Of a stretch of DNA of 64,000 bases, positions 8,216-18,258 are shown in pieces (the stretch's first letter is position 1; each line of letters begins with the position of its first letter). The stretch is from a virus. Lineage: Duplodnaviria > Caudoviricetes. The stretch spans positions 11,160-75,159 of IMG/VR virus record IMGVR_UViG_3300017700_000537; one strand, written 5' to 3'. A program made the translations under genes and the position numbers. The notes under the pieces are model-generated. The model had not been told where the DNA came from and searched no databases. It was given only the letters and a program-made list of their open reading frames with translations.

Positions 8216-10470
8216 TAAACCAACATACATTTCCCGACGACTTTGAGCCTATAAAAGGAAAGGAATGGCACCTGAAATACGCCAAGGCCGCCTGGGACGA
8301 GTTCAATGCGAGCGACTTCACCTGTCTGCACAAGGGTACTACCACTGTCAGCACCGGGTACGGCAGCAGCGTCTATGATGTTATCGCCATGTACATGCAG
8401 GGCAGGCAGCGGATAGACCAGTACAAGCCGTTGATGGGCATTGATGCCAACGCCACGGACACATGGATGAACCTCGACTGGACCATCCTTCCCATTATGC
8501 CAAAGCAGCTCCGGGTCTGCAACGGTATCCTCAACAAGATAAAGTACAAGGTAGGGTTCCAGCCATTGGACCAGCTTGCCGTGGACGCCAAGAACAAGTT
8601 CTTTGCGGAACTGAAGGCAAGGATGGAGCTACGGGCGCAGATTACGGAGCAGGACCCACAGAACGCAGAGGCCATCATCAAGCAGCTCGGGCTGGAAAAG
8701 TCCACAGAGGAGCCGGGCGACATGGAAGAGCTGGAGATGATGTCCCGCTACACGTATAAGTTCTATGCAGCGGAGGAGATGGAAGAGGATGTATCAGCAG
8801 TGCTGTCGATGAACAAGATAGAGTGGCTAAGGAAGGAAATAAGGAAGAACCTGCTGTACTATGGTGTGGCAGGCTACAAGGACTACATAGACACGAATGG
8901 GGCCCTAAAGGTGCGCTCCGTTGACCCACGCTCACTGGTTATCTCTCCCTGCGAAAAATCCGACTTCTCGGACGCAAGGTACATAGGTGAGGTAGTTCAG
9001 ATGAACCTAACGGACTTCGCACAGTCCAACCAAGGAATCCCTGAAAGGACACTGATAGACATTGCCAACCAGTTCATAGGCAAGTATGGCAACCCAGCCG
9101 TGGCCTGCTCGGCATACAACGACATCAAGAAGTTCACCATCCCAGTGCTCGACCTCGAACTTTACACGATAGAGGACAGGAACTGGGAGGTATCAATGAC
9201 CAAGTACGGCGACAAGGCCGTAGTGCGGGCCCCAATCTCCAAGAGCGGGGAATCGTTCGTCAGGAACCGCATGAAGCTGCTGCACAAGCTGAAGTGGGTG
9301 ATAGGAACGGAAGAAATCTGGGAATACGGCCTTTCCACCGACATCAAGCGGGCGAAGGAGCAGCTTTCCGAGCTTATCCCGAACTATCATGTCATTGCGC
9401 CTATGATGAGCAACATGCGGGTGCAGAGCATCGGGCAGTTGGTGCAGCCGGTGCTTGACCAGATTCAGCTTTCTTGGCTTAAATACCAGAAGGCAAAAAG
9501 CGAGGCAAAGTCGCAGGGTCTCCATATCGAGATGGGGTCTTTAGAAGATGTTGGATACGGAAAGGGCGGAAAGACCATGAAGCCCAATGAGCTTGTTGAC
9601 CTGTTCGAGCAGAAGAACATCCTCCTCTGGAGGCGCAAGGGACGCTTCGGGGACGCCGACAACGGCAAGCCAATAGAAGTAGTGCCAGGCACGGGACTTG
9701 ACGACGTACTGAACTGGTTCCAGGCGCTTCAGAACGAGATACAGATACTGAAGGACATCATCGGCCTGAACGACTTCACGGACGCCTCCACACCGGATGC
9801 TAGGGCATTGGGAGCCACTGTCGCCACGGCACAGCAGTCCACCAACAACTCGCTGTTCGACATCATAGACACGGACGTAGAGCTGTTGAAGCGGCTCTCG
9901 GAGTCCATCGTCATCAGGTTGCAGGACATGGCCGAGCTTGGACTGTTGGACAGGTACGCTATGGCCATCGGGGACAACTCTGTGGACTTTATGAAGCGCA
10001 TGGAGCATGTGAGCAACCATGACTTCGCAATAGACATCAGGGAGCTGCCCACGGAGGACGAACGGATGCGGATGATGGAGGACGCCAAGGCCATGGCTGG
10101 GAATGACCTCATCTCCTACGAAGACCTTGTGCTCATCCGCAACACGGACGACATGAAGGAGGCGGAAAGGATACTGGCTTGGCGGATAAACCGCAGGAAG
10201 CGGGAGAAAATCAAGGAATCGCTCATGCTCCAGCAGCAGAACGGCGACGTGCAGGCACAGTCCGGCATTGCTGTCGAGAAGGAGCGGCAGGCAACGGTCA
10301 AGACAGAGGGCGATATTAAGATAGAGGTGGCAAGGATTCAGGCGGATGCCGCCATACAGGTGGCGAAGATAAACGCAGGTGCCACGACCATCTCAAAAGC
10401 GATGGCACACGAAGCTGCGGACGAGGAAGAAGATATGGCCGAAGAAGGCCAAATGGCGGAAGCTGCGTGA
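8212..10470 (+). CDS. portal protein
   Basis: 752 aa, follows terL with ATGA overlap; NLDWTILPIMPK motif and coiled-coil C-terminus typical of crAss/P22-type portals. Confidence 0.8.
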   Translation: MINQHTFPDDFEPIKGKEWHLKYAKAAWDEFNASDFTCLHKGTTTVSTGYGSSVYDVIAMYMQGRQRIDQYKPLMGIDANATDTWMNLDWTILPIMPKQLRVCNGILNKIKYKVGFQPLDQLAVDAKNKFFAELKARMELRAQITEQDPQNAEAIIKQLGLEKSTEEPGDMEELEMMSRYTYKFYAAEEMEEDVSAVLSMNKIEWLRKEIRKNLLYYGVAGYKDYIDTNGALKVRSVDPRSLVISPCEKSDFSDARYIGEVVQMNLTDFAQSNQGIPERTLIDIANQFIGKYGNPAVACSAYNDIKKFTIPVLDLELYTIEDRNWEVSMTKYGDKAVVRAPISKSGESFVRNRMKLLHKLKWVIGTEEIWEYGLSTDIKRAKEQLSELIPNYHVIAPMMSNMRVQSIGQLVQPVLDQIQLSWLKYQKAKSEAKSQGLHIEMGSLEDVGYGKGGKTMKPNELVDLFEQKNILLWRRKGRFGDADNGKPIEVVPGTGLDDVLNWFQALQNEIQILKDIIGLNDFTDASTPDARALGATVATAQQSTNNSLFDIIDTDVELLKRLSESIVIRLQDMAELGLLDRYAMAIGDNSVDFMKRMEHVSNHDFAIDIRELPTEDERMRMMEDAKAMAGNDLISYEDLVLIRNTDDMKEAERILAWRINRRKREKIKESLMLQQQNGDVQAQSGIAVEKERQATVKTEGDIKIEVARIQADAAIQVAKINAGATTISKAMAHEAADEEEDMAEEGQMAEAA

Positions 10471-10505
10471 CCAAAACTTTCAATTTTTTCTGAAAGTACG
10501 ATACA

Positions 10506-10537
10506 TTTGGAAGTTTCGGAAGTTTCCGTTAATTTTG
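10506..10537 (+). promoter_or_regulatory. host-type promoter of the capsid operon
   Basis: TTTG-N20-TAATTTTG, a perfect Bacteroidota consensus; spacer contains a tandem GGAAGTTTC repeat. Confidence 0.75.
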
Positions 10538-10560
10538 CGACAGCATCAATATAAATCAAT

Positions 10561-11592
10561 ATGCCAGAAGAAAATTTCAAGCTCTGGAAGGACGAAGACT
10601 TTCCAGAACCCCAGCCAACGGCTGAGATGACAACAGACGCTCCGGCTACCCCGGAAGCAGTCGAAATCCCGGCAGACCCCGCTCCAGTAGCAGAGGTGCC
10701 GGAAACTCAGCCAGAAGTGGCTGCCCCATCATTTGACATTGACAAGGAGATAGAGACTAGGTTCGGACGCCCGTTGTCCGAAGTGCAGAAGGACCTCGAA
10801 AGGGTGCAGGAGCTGGAACGGCTTTCCCTGCCGGATGACGAGATAAGGGAACTTATCAAGTCGGACGAGTTCCTTCAGAACTTCGCAAGGGCGTATGGAC
10901 GTGGCGGAAAGAAAGTAGCGGAGGAATACGTAGAGGCCCTGACGAAGGACTTCTCGAAGTTCACTGCCGAACAGCTAGTGGAACACAGCGTTCAGCGGAG
11001 GATGCCAGGCGCACCAAAGTCCGTCCTAGAGGCAGAGTTCAAGAAGGAACTTGCGAGCATGGGGCTTACGGAAGACCTAGAGCCTGGGACGCCAGAGCAC
11101 CAACGGTATTCCGAGTACCTTGCGTGGAAGGCCGGTGAGCTGAGGGAGAAGTTCTCGAAAGAGCAGGAATCCTTCAAAATCCCGGAAAGACAGAAGCAGG
11201 AGCCTTCGGCAGCACAGCCAATCGACCAAGAGGCGATCACGAAGTACGAACAGTCGTTGAAGTCAAGCCCTGACACATTGGGGCTTGTTGCATCAAAGAG
11301 TGTGTCGTTCGGGGATTTCACCCTTGCCGTCGAGCCCGAAGAACTTGTCAACCAGGCCATAGACACTACGGCCTTCTTCAAACAATTTTCAAAAAACGAC
11401 GGAACACCGGATTACAAGAAGTTTTACGAGATGGCAGCCATAGCCAAGGTGGGGCCGCAGAGGTTCGCAGAGATGGTCGCAAAGGCGGCAGAGGCGAAAG
11501 AGCGGTTGAAATGGGTGAAGGACATCAAGAACCCTTCGTCCGAACCAAAGGCGGCAATACCAGCGGCAGGCTTCACGGTAAGGGTCATGTAA
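10561..11592 (+). CDS. scaffold-like protein
   Basis: Acidic, Pro/Ala-rich N-terminus, helical body, lies between portal and major capsid genes. Confidence 0.55.
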   Translation: MPEENFKLWKDEDFPEPQPTAEMTTDAPATPEAVEIPADPAPVAEVPETQPEVAAPSFDIDKEIETRFGRPLSEVQKDLERVQELERLSLPDDEIRELIKSDEFLQNFARAYGRGGKKVAEEYVEALTKDFSKFTAEQLVEHSVQRRMPGAPKSVLEAEFKKELASMGLTEDLEPGTPEHQRYSEYLAWKAGELREKFSKEQESFKIPERQKQEPSAAQPIDQEAITKYEQSLKSSPDTLGLVASKSVSFGDFTLAVEPEELVNQAIDTTAFFKQFSKNDGTPDYKKFYEMAAIAKVGPQRFAEMVAKAAEAKERLKWVKDIKNPSSEPKAAIPAAGFTVRVM

Positions 11593-11619
11593 CCGGTTCC
11601 AGATTAAAGACTAATCAAA

Positions 11620-12975
11620 ATGGCCACATTCGGCGCAACTACCAAACGGAACGTCTCCGCTGTCGATTTCCTCGACAACCGTGAGATTTTCAAGCAAATC
11701 ATCGACATTACGAATGAGAAAGCCTCGTTCGCACGTATGATGAACATCTGGGGACGATACACTATCACTTCCCAGCCAAACTACCACAACTTCGTCAACA
11801 CGGAGCTGTTCAGCACAGAGACCATCTCGGACCCAGCAGTTACCGTTCACACTGCCAACACCGACATCACTGTCCGTGTTTCCAGCGCAGACGGAACCAG
11901 CTTCTTCCGTGAGAACGAAATCCTCCAGATTCCAGGCGCAAACCGCCGCACTGGCCGGGTAGTGTCAAAGACAGCGGATGCTGGCGGCGACCTTATCCGT
12001 ATCCAGTCAATCACCGGCCTTTCATTGGAACTTGCCAACGGCCAAGTGCTTTCCGTTACCGGCTCCACAGCGGGTGAAGGCGGTACGTTCGTTGAGCACC
12101 GCAAGCACTTCCCTACGAAGCGCGTGAACAACGTCCAGGAATTTGCCGAGAAGATTGCGAAAATCACCGACATCCAGAACGCTTCCAAGTTGGAGGTGTC
12201 CCCGGATTCCTACCTGTACTATGATGAGGCCCAGGGATTCTTGACAATGGAGAAGAACATCTCGAACCAGCTCCTTTTTGGAGAAGGAACAGGCGACAAC
12301 TTCATCATTGCCAACCCTACGCACACCGACAGTGCTGGCCGTGCGATTTCCACCACACGTGGCCTCAACAGCCACATTGCAGCAGAGGGCATCAACTTTG
12401 ACGGCGTTACGATGGGAGAGACAGTGCTGAACAGCCTGAAGCGCCAGTACGCTAAGAAGCGTGTACCGATGGAGTTTATGATGTTGGGCGGTGCTGAGAT
12501 GAGCATCCAGAACAGTCAATACTGGTTCAACCTTCCAGGTGGCGCAGGCGGCGTATCCGATTCTGCCCGCTGGATGACAGGCGACGATGTGAACATCGGC
12601 GTTGAAGGCTGGAAGTACAACGGCATGAAGTTCAAGGTAATGGAACTTGCTGCGTTCGACGAGCAGGCCATCACCAACTTCACAGGCTCGGCTGGCTACC
12701 AGAACATGGTGTACATCGTGCCTACTGCAAACGTGCCGCTTGTTGGCGGCGGAGCAGCCCCTGGCCTACGGGTACGCTACATGCAGGTGCCTGCCGGTAA
12801 CGGTGCAAATGCCTCTTCTAACGGTATCTACCGTACCACGAAACTTGGCAACCTTGCCGACACGCCGACCAGCGATGAGCGGGTGTTGGAGGTCAACTGC
12901 CACACAATCCAAGGCTTGGAGTGCCTGAATGCGCCTCACTGCGCACGATTGATTCTCCAGTCCAGCGGAAGCTAA
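11620..12975 (+). CDS. major capsid protein
   Basis: 451 aa, position after the scaffold, strongly biased codon use, followed by a strong terminator. Confidence 0.75.
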   Translation: MATFGATTKRNVSAVDFLDNREIFKQIIDITNEKASFARMMNIWGRYTITSQPNYHNFVNTELFSTETISDPAVTVHTANTDITVRVSSADGTSFFRENEILQIPGANRRTGRVVSKTADAGGDLIRIQSITGLSLELANGQVLSVTGSTAGEGGTFVEHRKHFPTKRVNNVQEFAEKIAKITDIQNASKLEVSPDSYLYYDEAQGFLTMEKNISNQLLFGEGTGDNFIIANPTHTDSAGRAISTTRGLNSHIAAEGINFDGVTMGETVLNSLKRQYAKKRVPMEFMMLGGAEMSIQNSQYWFNLPGGAGGVSDSARWMTGDDVNIGVEGWKYNGMKFKVMELAAFDEQAITNFTGSAGYQNMVYIVPTANVPLVGGGAAPGLRVRYMQVPAGNGANASSNGIYRTTKLGNLADTPTSDERVLEVNCHTIQGLECLNAPHCARLILQSSGS

Positions 12976-12986
12976 ACAAAACCACG

Positions 12987-13014
12987 GCATGGGGCTTCGG
13001 CCCTATGCTTTTTT
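12987..13014 (+). terminator. intrinsic terminator after the capsid gene
   Basis: GCATGGGGC-TTCG-GCCCTATGC-TTTTTT. Confidence 0.85.
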
Positions 13015-13040
13015 CTTTTTTCAGCACCAATCAATAAAAA

Positions 13041-13847
13041 ATGATAAAGACAAAACAGTTCAACAAACTGCCGGACGGCTTCGAAATGCCGAAGCTGGGC
13101 AGGGACGAAGTGGCGGTGTTCGTATCGCTACACAACAGTAAGGGGCCGGACCAGACCCCACTCTACCCGACCTACGGTATCTCCAACAAGGCAACCATCA
13201 TCACCGACGATGGTCCGGTCGAGATAGCCTACGTCACGCAGGATGCGCCAGATGGCAAGTCCCCGCAGCTTGGCGATGTCATCTTCGAGTCCTCGCAGAA
13301 GGGCACGATAATCTGCAAGGGTTCTTCGCCGTCCGACATCAGGAAGTTCGAATACCTCATGCTCCACCCGGCCAACGAGGCCAACGGGGGCAGCACGTAC
13401 CGCAGGGAAACGCCTGGCGCCAAGACAAAGAGCGAACTTGACAAACAGAAACTGGTGGCAGCAGCCGTAAACTTTGCCACAGATACCCCGCTTGATTCAC
13501 TGAAATCACTGCTCGCAGAGCGCAGTATTGACACAAAGGGCAAGACCGAGGACGATGTGCGCTTACTGGCCCTTGAAGAAGGGAAAAAGAAGGCATTTGA
13601 GGTAGCAGTATCGCTGATAAACGCAGCAGATGCCGCCCTGCTCCGGGAAATGTACGAGGCAGGGGCCCTGAAGTGGAACGGCCAGAAGAAAATGGTCGTC
13701 TCGGCATTGACCGATACGGAATTCGGCGCAGCGGGGGTCCGTCAGACAGACTCTGACAAGGTAGGCAAGCTGCTGGATGCCGCATCAAAGAACACAGAAC
13801 TGGCTTCACTGCTGCTTGCAGAGGTGGAACTGTTTAGAGAGCCATAA
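13041..13847 (+). CDS. putative virion-associated protein
   Basis: 268-aa ORF directly after the capsid gene, as in crAss-like capsid modules; position only. Confidence 0.5.
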   Translation: MIKTKQFNKLPDGFEMPKLGRDEVAVFVSLHNSKGPDQTPLYPTYGISNKATIITDDGPVEIAYVTQDAPDGKSPQLGDVIFESSQKGTIICKGSSPSDIRKFEYLMLHPANEANGGSTYRRETPGAKTKSELDKQKLVAAAVNFATDTPLDSLKSLLAERSIDTKGKTEDDVRLLALEEGKKKAFEVAVSLINAADAALLREMYEAGALKWNGQKKMVVSALTDTEFGAAGVRQTDSDKVGKLLDAASKNTELASLLLAEVELFREP

Positions 13848-13848
13848 T

Positions 13849-15216
13849 ATGAACAATCTCCGGGTAACATTCGACAAGACGGACACCCAACTGCTTCTCA
13901 GCGACTCGCTGGAGACCGGCGAATGCCGTGTTGTCATCACCTACCCGGATGGGATTGTCCAGGACTTGGGCAAGATACTGAAATTGAGCAATGACTGGGC
14001 GTATTCTCTCGCCAGTAGGACCGATTTGTTCGGCAACTACATGGAGGGTGAATACGCCTTTCTTTTTGAGAGGTACGATGTTGGCGGGACCACCCCGACA
14101 TCCACAGATTCCGGCACGTTCACGCTTTCCGTGGACGCAGTGACGCCCGAGGTCACAGTGACGAACGATTCGCTCACGCCATCATTGAGGCTCACAGATT
14201 CCACTGATTGGAATGCAGAGATTGACGGCGTGTGGACGATAGACACACTGTTGAGGATTTGGAACGCACAGAACGGGTTACACTACTTCGGGCCCAGCTC
14301 GCAGGCAACCTTGAGCCTGTTCGATTCCGGCTATTTTACCGGAACCTACACCTACACCATCACGGCGGACACCGCCTATAACCACGAAAACGGCTGGGTG
14401 AGCGTAAAGCTGTCCAGTGAAACAAGCGGAGAATTCATTGTAAAACAACCTGTTATGCTACCAGAAATATTGGCATTGCTTAATTGCCTATACGCAAAAA
14501 TCATCGCCAAGCAGTGCTGCAAGGATGCGACCTACGACGAGATGCAGTCCGACTACATCAAGGCGAGCGCCATGTTCAGCTCTTTTGTGCTGAACGGCCA
14601 GGCCGATATAACTTCGAGCCAGGCGTCACTGTTGTTCGGCTCAGACTGCGAGCTCGGCATCCTCGGCATCCTCAGGAAGTGGGGATGCTACGATGACACG
14701 CTCACCGAGGCGCAACTTGCTTCCTACGACTATTGTCTGTGCGATACAGGTGGTGGTGGCGGAACGGTAGCATCAAGAGAGGGGTATGATGCCGGAAACG
14801 GCTGCTTCCTAACCTCTGATGCCACAGATGACGATGACCGTTGGACATTCGCAGTAGCATCAGGTATCGGTTCGTTCACGCAGAACCTTGCTGGTAGCCG
14901 TATTTTCGGTGGCACCGTCCGTGGTGACGATTCAACTGCCACGCACACATCGAACTCTGCGACAAACAGCTTCAAGCTGAACGTTCCAGTCCCAGGTGAA
15001 CTCGCCAACCTCGGATACGCATCTGCATTGTTGGCCAGCACGAGCGTGTGGTCATCCCCAAACTCCGACCCAACAGCGGCAGCTCCTTGGGTGTTGGATG
15101 AGGGCAGTGTGCAGAAGCGCATTGTCGGCATAGCTTCCGGGGTAATTTCATTTGTCTTTGCCGGGATTGGGGCAACCTATCCAGACGGCTGGGCGATTAC
15201 ATTCGAAACACCATGA
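13849..15216 (+). CDS. putative structural protein (head/fibre attachment)
   Basis: 455 aa, Thr/Ser/Asp-rich beta-type regions, central Cys-containing helical part, GGGGG linker; no signal peptide. Confidence 0.5.
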   Translation: MNNLRVTFDKTDTQLLLSDSLETGECRVVITYPDGIVQDLGKILKLSNDWAYSLASRTDLFGNYMEGEYAFLFERYDVGGTTPTSTDSGTFTLSVDAVTPEVTVTNDSLTPSLRLTDSTDWNAEIDGVWTIDTLLRIWNAQNGLHYFGPSSQATLSLFDSGYFTGTYTYTITADTAYNHENGWVSVKLSSETSGEFIVKQPVMLPEILALLNCLYAKIIAKQCCKDATYDEMQSDYIKASAMFSSFVLNGQADITSSQASLLFGSDCELGILGILRKWGCYDDTLTEAQLASYDYCLCDTGGGGGTVASREGYDAGNGCFLTSDATDDDDRWTFAVASGIGSFTQNLAGSRIFGGTVRGDDSTATHTSNSATNSFKLNVPVPGELANLGYASALLASTSVWSSPNSDPTAAAPWVLDEGSVQKRIVGIASGVISFVFAGIGATYPDGWAITFETP

Positions 15217-18200
15217 TGAAAAGAGTATTTTTATTGATTTTTTTGGTGCTGTGGGGACTTGCTTCGTTTGGTCAAACAAATGAGCTTGTGGGTACGTTCT
15301 CTGTGGTTTCATCCACAGGCTCGGACCCTACTCCCACAGTAACGGGCAACTTCAACTCCACTGCTGGCTTTTTGCCACAAAATGTCGATACTGGCGATGT
15401 AATGCTGGTCAGGCAGGTATTTGCTGGCAACCACCGGCGCAAGCTGTACCGGATTACTGGAATCACCGGCAACAGCCCGCTGGTGCTCACGATGACACTG
15501 ATTGAAGGCACCACTGGCGGGCCATTTCCGGCAGGCACACAGGAAATCTTCCGCAGGACAGCCAAGGGCGCACTGCTCGACGTTCCGAACGTCTCTCAAG
15601 AGCTGGAATCCTACACCTATAACTACAATGTCCAGCATTTTGAGGATGCTGACGTTGATACTACGATAATCAGGAACGATAGCAGCTTTGTGCTTCTTAA
15701 CGACGGCACAGAGTTCTATCTAGGCCCAAGTACGGCAAACGGCATCTCAGACTCCTACCAGATTGGAGATTCCATTTATGTCGTCACTGGCATGGACACC
15801 ATTTTCACAGGGATCGCCTATGCGAACCCTGAAATTGATACAATCTACAACGACGGCACCAACTACTACATGGTGACTGTCGAGGGCGATACTATCGAAA
15901 TAGGGGCAGTGGCCCAGGTCGTGGCAAATGGGGCACACCCAACTAACCCACCAGCCTACTTAATCCATATCGACACGCTCGGAACGGATACAATCTATTT
16001 CGATAATGGAGGCGTGTGGGTAAGATTCAATGTGGGGGGGAGCTCAATCGGAGCTCCACTATTTACTGCGCTCAACGCTACCCTGACATCTTTCCATCCG
16101 GCAGGGGTGCCGCCAATCGGGGCCATCATCTGGAACCCATTCCGAGGGGTGCTTATGCGGAAGTATGGTCCGGTCGGGATATTCACCATTGGAGAGCCGA
16201 ACGGGAAGAACGTTTATGTCACCGAACGATACTACCAAGCAGATACATTGGATGGCTGGAACATCTCTACACATGCTTCAGCGACATTCGCCCTTGATGT
16301 GGTGAACGGCTACGCCGATGACCCGCTCGGGCTTTCTTCCTCGCAAAGAGGTGGTTCTCGGACAATGGTAGTCACCAACAGTTCCGGCAGCCCACTGACT
16401 GTGACGTTCAGCACCAAATATCGGAACACGCTCGGAACTACGCCATTATCACCAATCACCATAACCGAAAACTCGGAACTCACACTTGACTTCACGGTGG
16501 ATGTCAACGACACGGAGACGATAATGCGGCTCAGTGCGCCATTGTCGTCCGGCAGTTCATATGCGTTCCAGAACTTGGCAAACGGGATTGACCTACTTGA
16601 ATCAGGTGGAACAGTAACTGTCGCACCGAACATCACCGAGCTTGTGTACGCCGCAGTGGCTGCCGCAGACTCCGTAATGATTTGGGACAGTTCGTTGAAT
16701 GCCCACAGGCGGTCCAGTGTGGCCGAGATAGTGGCCCTTGCAAGTGCAGGCACGGTGACTGTAACGAACTTGGCCAATGGATTGGACATCTTTATGACCG
16801 GAAGCGACATCACAATCGCCCCGGACTTCGGAGAGCTACCAAACGCAGCCGTGGCAAATGCTGATAGCGTAATGGTGTACGACGTGAGCGCAGCGGCTTA
16901 CCGGCGGGTGTCGGCAGCCTCAATAGCCGCTCTTTTTGCTGGCAGTGGGCTTACTGGTGTCACAGACCAAGCGAATGGCCTTGACATCGCTGCTGGCGGT
17001 GGGTTGGTAACAATTGACTACGATTTCGATGAACTCCCAACCGATGTCACATACAACGGCACGGAGCAGTTCATCTTCAAGGACCTCATAGATGGGGTCT
17101 ATAAAAAAGCTACTACCTCTTTCCTTGCTGGCGGATACCTTGACCTCACAACCGACCAAACAGTAAGCGCAGGGGTGAAGAAATTCGCAGGTGGGCTACA
17201 ATGGGGTACGGGCACGATGCCTACTGGCATACCGTTCGGCTCTGCCACGCAGACAGTGTTCGGATTGAAGGGAGGTTCAACGCTACCGCTATCCGAATCA
17301 GCTTGGGCGAACTACGGCGGATTGGTTATCGAGAACAACTTGGTGCCAAATACCGTCACCACAAGGTTCATCGCAACCGGAGATGACTCTGGCACCCCAG
17401 ATAACTCCGTCATGTCGTTCTTCACGCGCCCAGCAGGGGCTTCACAGAACGTTGTTGAGAACTTCCGGCTGACATCGGCTGGCGCATTCTTTGGCAATTC
17501 TTCTGGGCTTTCATCTGGAACCGCTGGCGGGGTAGCGAACGTACCGATTCAAGGCATTGGATGGGATGGTGGGCAAAGTCTCTGGAGATTGGCTTCTGGC
17601 CAGCCAGGCGGGTTTCTTTTGCTGGAAAACGGCAACCTGAATATGCAGGTGCCAGTAGGCCAGCAGACATGGCAGCCAGCTTCGGACATCAGGCTGAAGC
17701 ACGACACAGTTCGGCTTGACATCACCCCGGCCAACATCCGGGACTTCAAGTCTTACACCTATAAATGGAATACCTCGGACAGTGCCACTATCGGCGTGAT
17801 AGCCCAGCAGATTGAGGCTGATTTCCCGGAAATCGTTCACTTGATGGCGGGGACTGTCGATACGATGGGTGTTGATTACTATGCGCTCGCGGCAATCGCC
17901 TACGCTGCCTGTGAAGAGCTTCAGCGACAGATTGATTCGTTGTCCACCGGCAGAGGCGTTGACACCACGGCATCGGCAGGAAATCTACTGATAGATATAG
18001 AAACCAATTTCGCAAACATAACCGGCAGTACCACAACAAATGCCATCTATACAACCGATAGAAGGGCAGGAAGCGAGGTGACACTGTTGTTTACCACAGG
18101 GACCCCAACAATCAAGCATAATACATCGGGTGGGGCAGGTACGGCAGCAATGCTGTTGGCCGGAGCTGTCGATTTCACACCAAGCGGGCCATCTACCTTG

Positions 18201-18257
18201 ACGCTCATTTATGACGGGTCAAGGTGGCATGAAAAATGTAGGTCAATCAATCATTAA
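15213..18257 (+). CDS. fibre-like protein with Sec signal peptide, three ~65-aa repeats and a peptidase S74 chaperone domain
   Basis: MKRVFLLIFLVLWGLASFG|Q; repeats NLANG(I/L)D at about 16563-17134; S74 signature ASDIRLKH...IGVIAQQIE...VDYYALAAIAYAACEELQRQIDSL. Confidence 0.8.
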   Translation: MMKRVFLLIFLVLWGLASFGQTNELVGTFSVVSSTGSDPTPTVTGNFNSTAGFLPQNVDTGDVMLVRQVFAGNHRRKLYRITGITGNSPLVLTMTLIEGTTGGPFPAGTQEIFRRTAKGALLDVPNVSQELESYTYNYNVQHFEDADVDTTIIRNDSSFVLLNDGTEFYLGPSTANGISDSYQIGDSIYVVTGMDTIFTGIAYANPEIDTIYNDGTNYYMVTVEGDTIEIGAVAQVVANGAHPTNPPAYLIHIDTLGTDTIYFDNGGVWVRFNVGGSSIGAPLFTALNATLTSFHPAGVPPIGAIIWNPFRGVLMRKYGPVGIFTIGEPNGKNVYVTERYYQADTLDGWNISTHASATFALDVVNGYADDPLGLSSSQRGGSRTMVVTNSSGSPLTVTFSTKYRNTLGTTPLSPITITENSELTLDFTVDVNDTETIMRLSAPLSSGSSYAFQNLANGIDLLESGGTVTVAPNITELVYAAVAAADSVMIWDSSLNAHRRSSVAEIVALASAGTVTVTNLANGLDIFMTGSDITIAPDFGELPNAAVANADSVMVYDVSAAAYRRVSAASIAALFAGSGLTGVTDQANGLDIAAGGGLVTIDYDFDELPTDVTYNGTEQFIFKDLIDGVYKKATTSFLAGGYLDLTTDQTVSAGVKKFAGGLQWGTGTMPTGIPFGSATQTVFGLKGGSTLPLSESAWANYGGLVIENNLVPNTVTTRFIATGDDSGTPDNSVMSFFTRPAGASQNVVENFRLTSAGAFFGNSSGLSSGTAGGVANVPIQGIGWDGGQSLWRLASGQPGGFLLLENGNLNMQVPVGQQTWQPASDIRLKHDTVRLDITPANIRDFKSYTYKWNTSDSATIGVIAQQIEADFPEIVHLMAGTVDTMGVDYYALAAIAYAACEELQRQIDSLSTGRGVDTTASAGNLLIDIETNFANITGSTTTNAIYTTDRRAGSEVTLLFTTGTPTIKHNTSGGAGTAAMLLAGAVDFTPSGPSTLTLIYDGSRWHEKCRSINH

Positions 18258-18258
18258 C

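Noticed and set aside
6224-12975. Introns or inteins in terminase, portal or capsid genes
   Set aside because: ORFs are continuous, of expected size, and show no intein motifs
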